A stretch of 64,000 nt of DNA, taken from the NCBI RefSeq assembly GCF_040938485.1, contig NW_027270897.1, positions 1,116,001 to 1,180,000 of the forward strand, written 5' to 3'. This stretch comes from Diadema antillarum. Lineage: Eukaryota. The translations under genes and the position numbers were made by a program. Positions 63,819 through 64,000 of the stretch are shown here, piece after piece. Position 1 is the stretch's first letter; each line of letters begins with the position of its first letter. Under the pieces are notes generated by a model, which did not search any database, was not told the origin of the DNA, and saw nothing but the letters and a program-made list of their open reading frames with translations.

Positions 63819-64000
63819 CAGTGGACTCCCGTTATAACGAGTCCTTGGGACCGCCAGTTTTCTTTCATTATATCGTAATTTTTATATAACCGAACAAGTG
63901 AACAGTAAACAATAAAAAACACAGAGCCGATAATGTTGCGGCCTGAATTTCTATTTCGTTATAGCAGGAGTGCATTGTACAAATTACAAGAACAAGGTGC
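63819..64000. mobile_element. pogo/Tigger-type MITE end
   Basis: TA|CAGTGGACTCCCGTTATAACGA terminus; partner end not in the window. Confidence 0.55.

Noticed and set aside
54390-64000. Short ORFs downstream of SFSWAP
   Set aside because: None has a recognisable domain or consistent exon chain; the region reads as 3'UTR or intergenic DNA with repeats, although small exons of a neighbouring gene cannot be excluded.

Overview
AT-rich, intron- and repeat-rich animal DNA. An invertebrate such as an echinoderm is inferred from its gene structure and repeats; no prokaryotic system is present. The window has three parts. (1) 1-27.6 kb: two SLC35G/EamA transporter paralogues with intronless CDS on the minus strand (one intact, one frameshifted between its two EamA repeats), embedded in MITEs, LINE fragments, a SINE and a 4.8-kb element with perfect 35-bp terminal inverted repeats. 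(2) 27604-44545: a 16.9-kb, apparently complete PIF/Harbinger transposon. It has 17-18-bp TIRs, CTG on both flanks, an intact 4-exon DDE transposase (348 aa, minus strand) and an intact convergent 5-exon Myb/SANT partner gene (330 aa, plus strand), yet its introns are packed with older nested elements. (3) 44.6-54.4 kb: the C-terminal nine coding exons of the splicing factor SFSWAP. They begin about 80 bp outside the right TIR, and I could not find the 5' half of the gene in the window. After that lie about 10 kb of non-coding DNA. Non-autonomous Helentron/DINE-1-like elements recur. One family carries seven exact RFX X-box motifs in its tandem array and another carries clustered AGGTCA nuclear-receptor half-sites. 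Exon models were assembled by hand from GT-AG sites and phase arithmetic; no searches were run.
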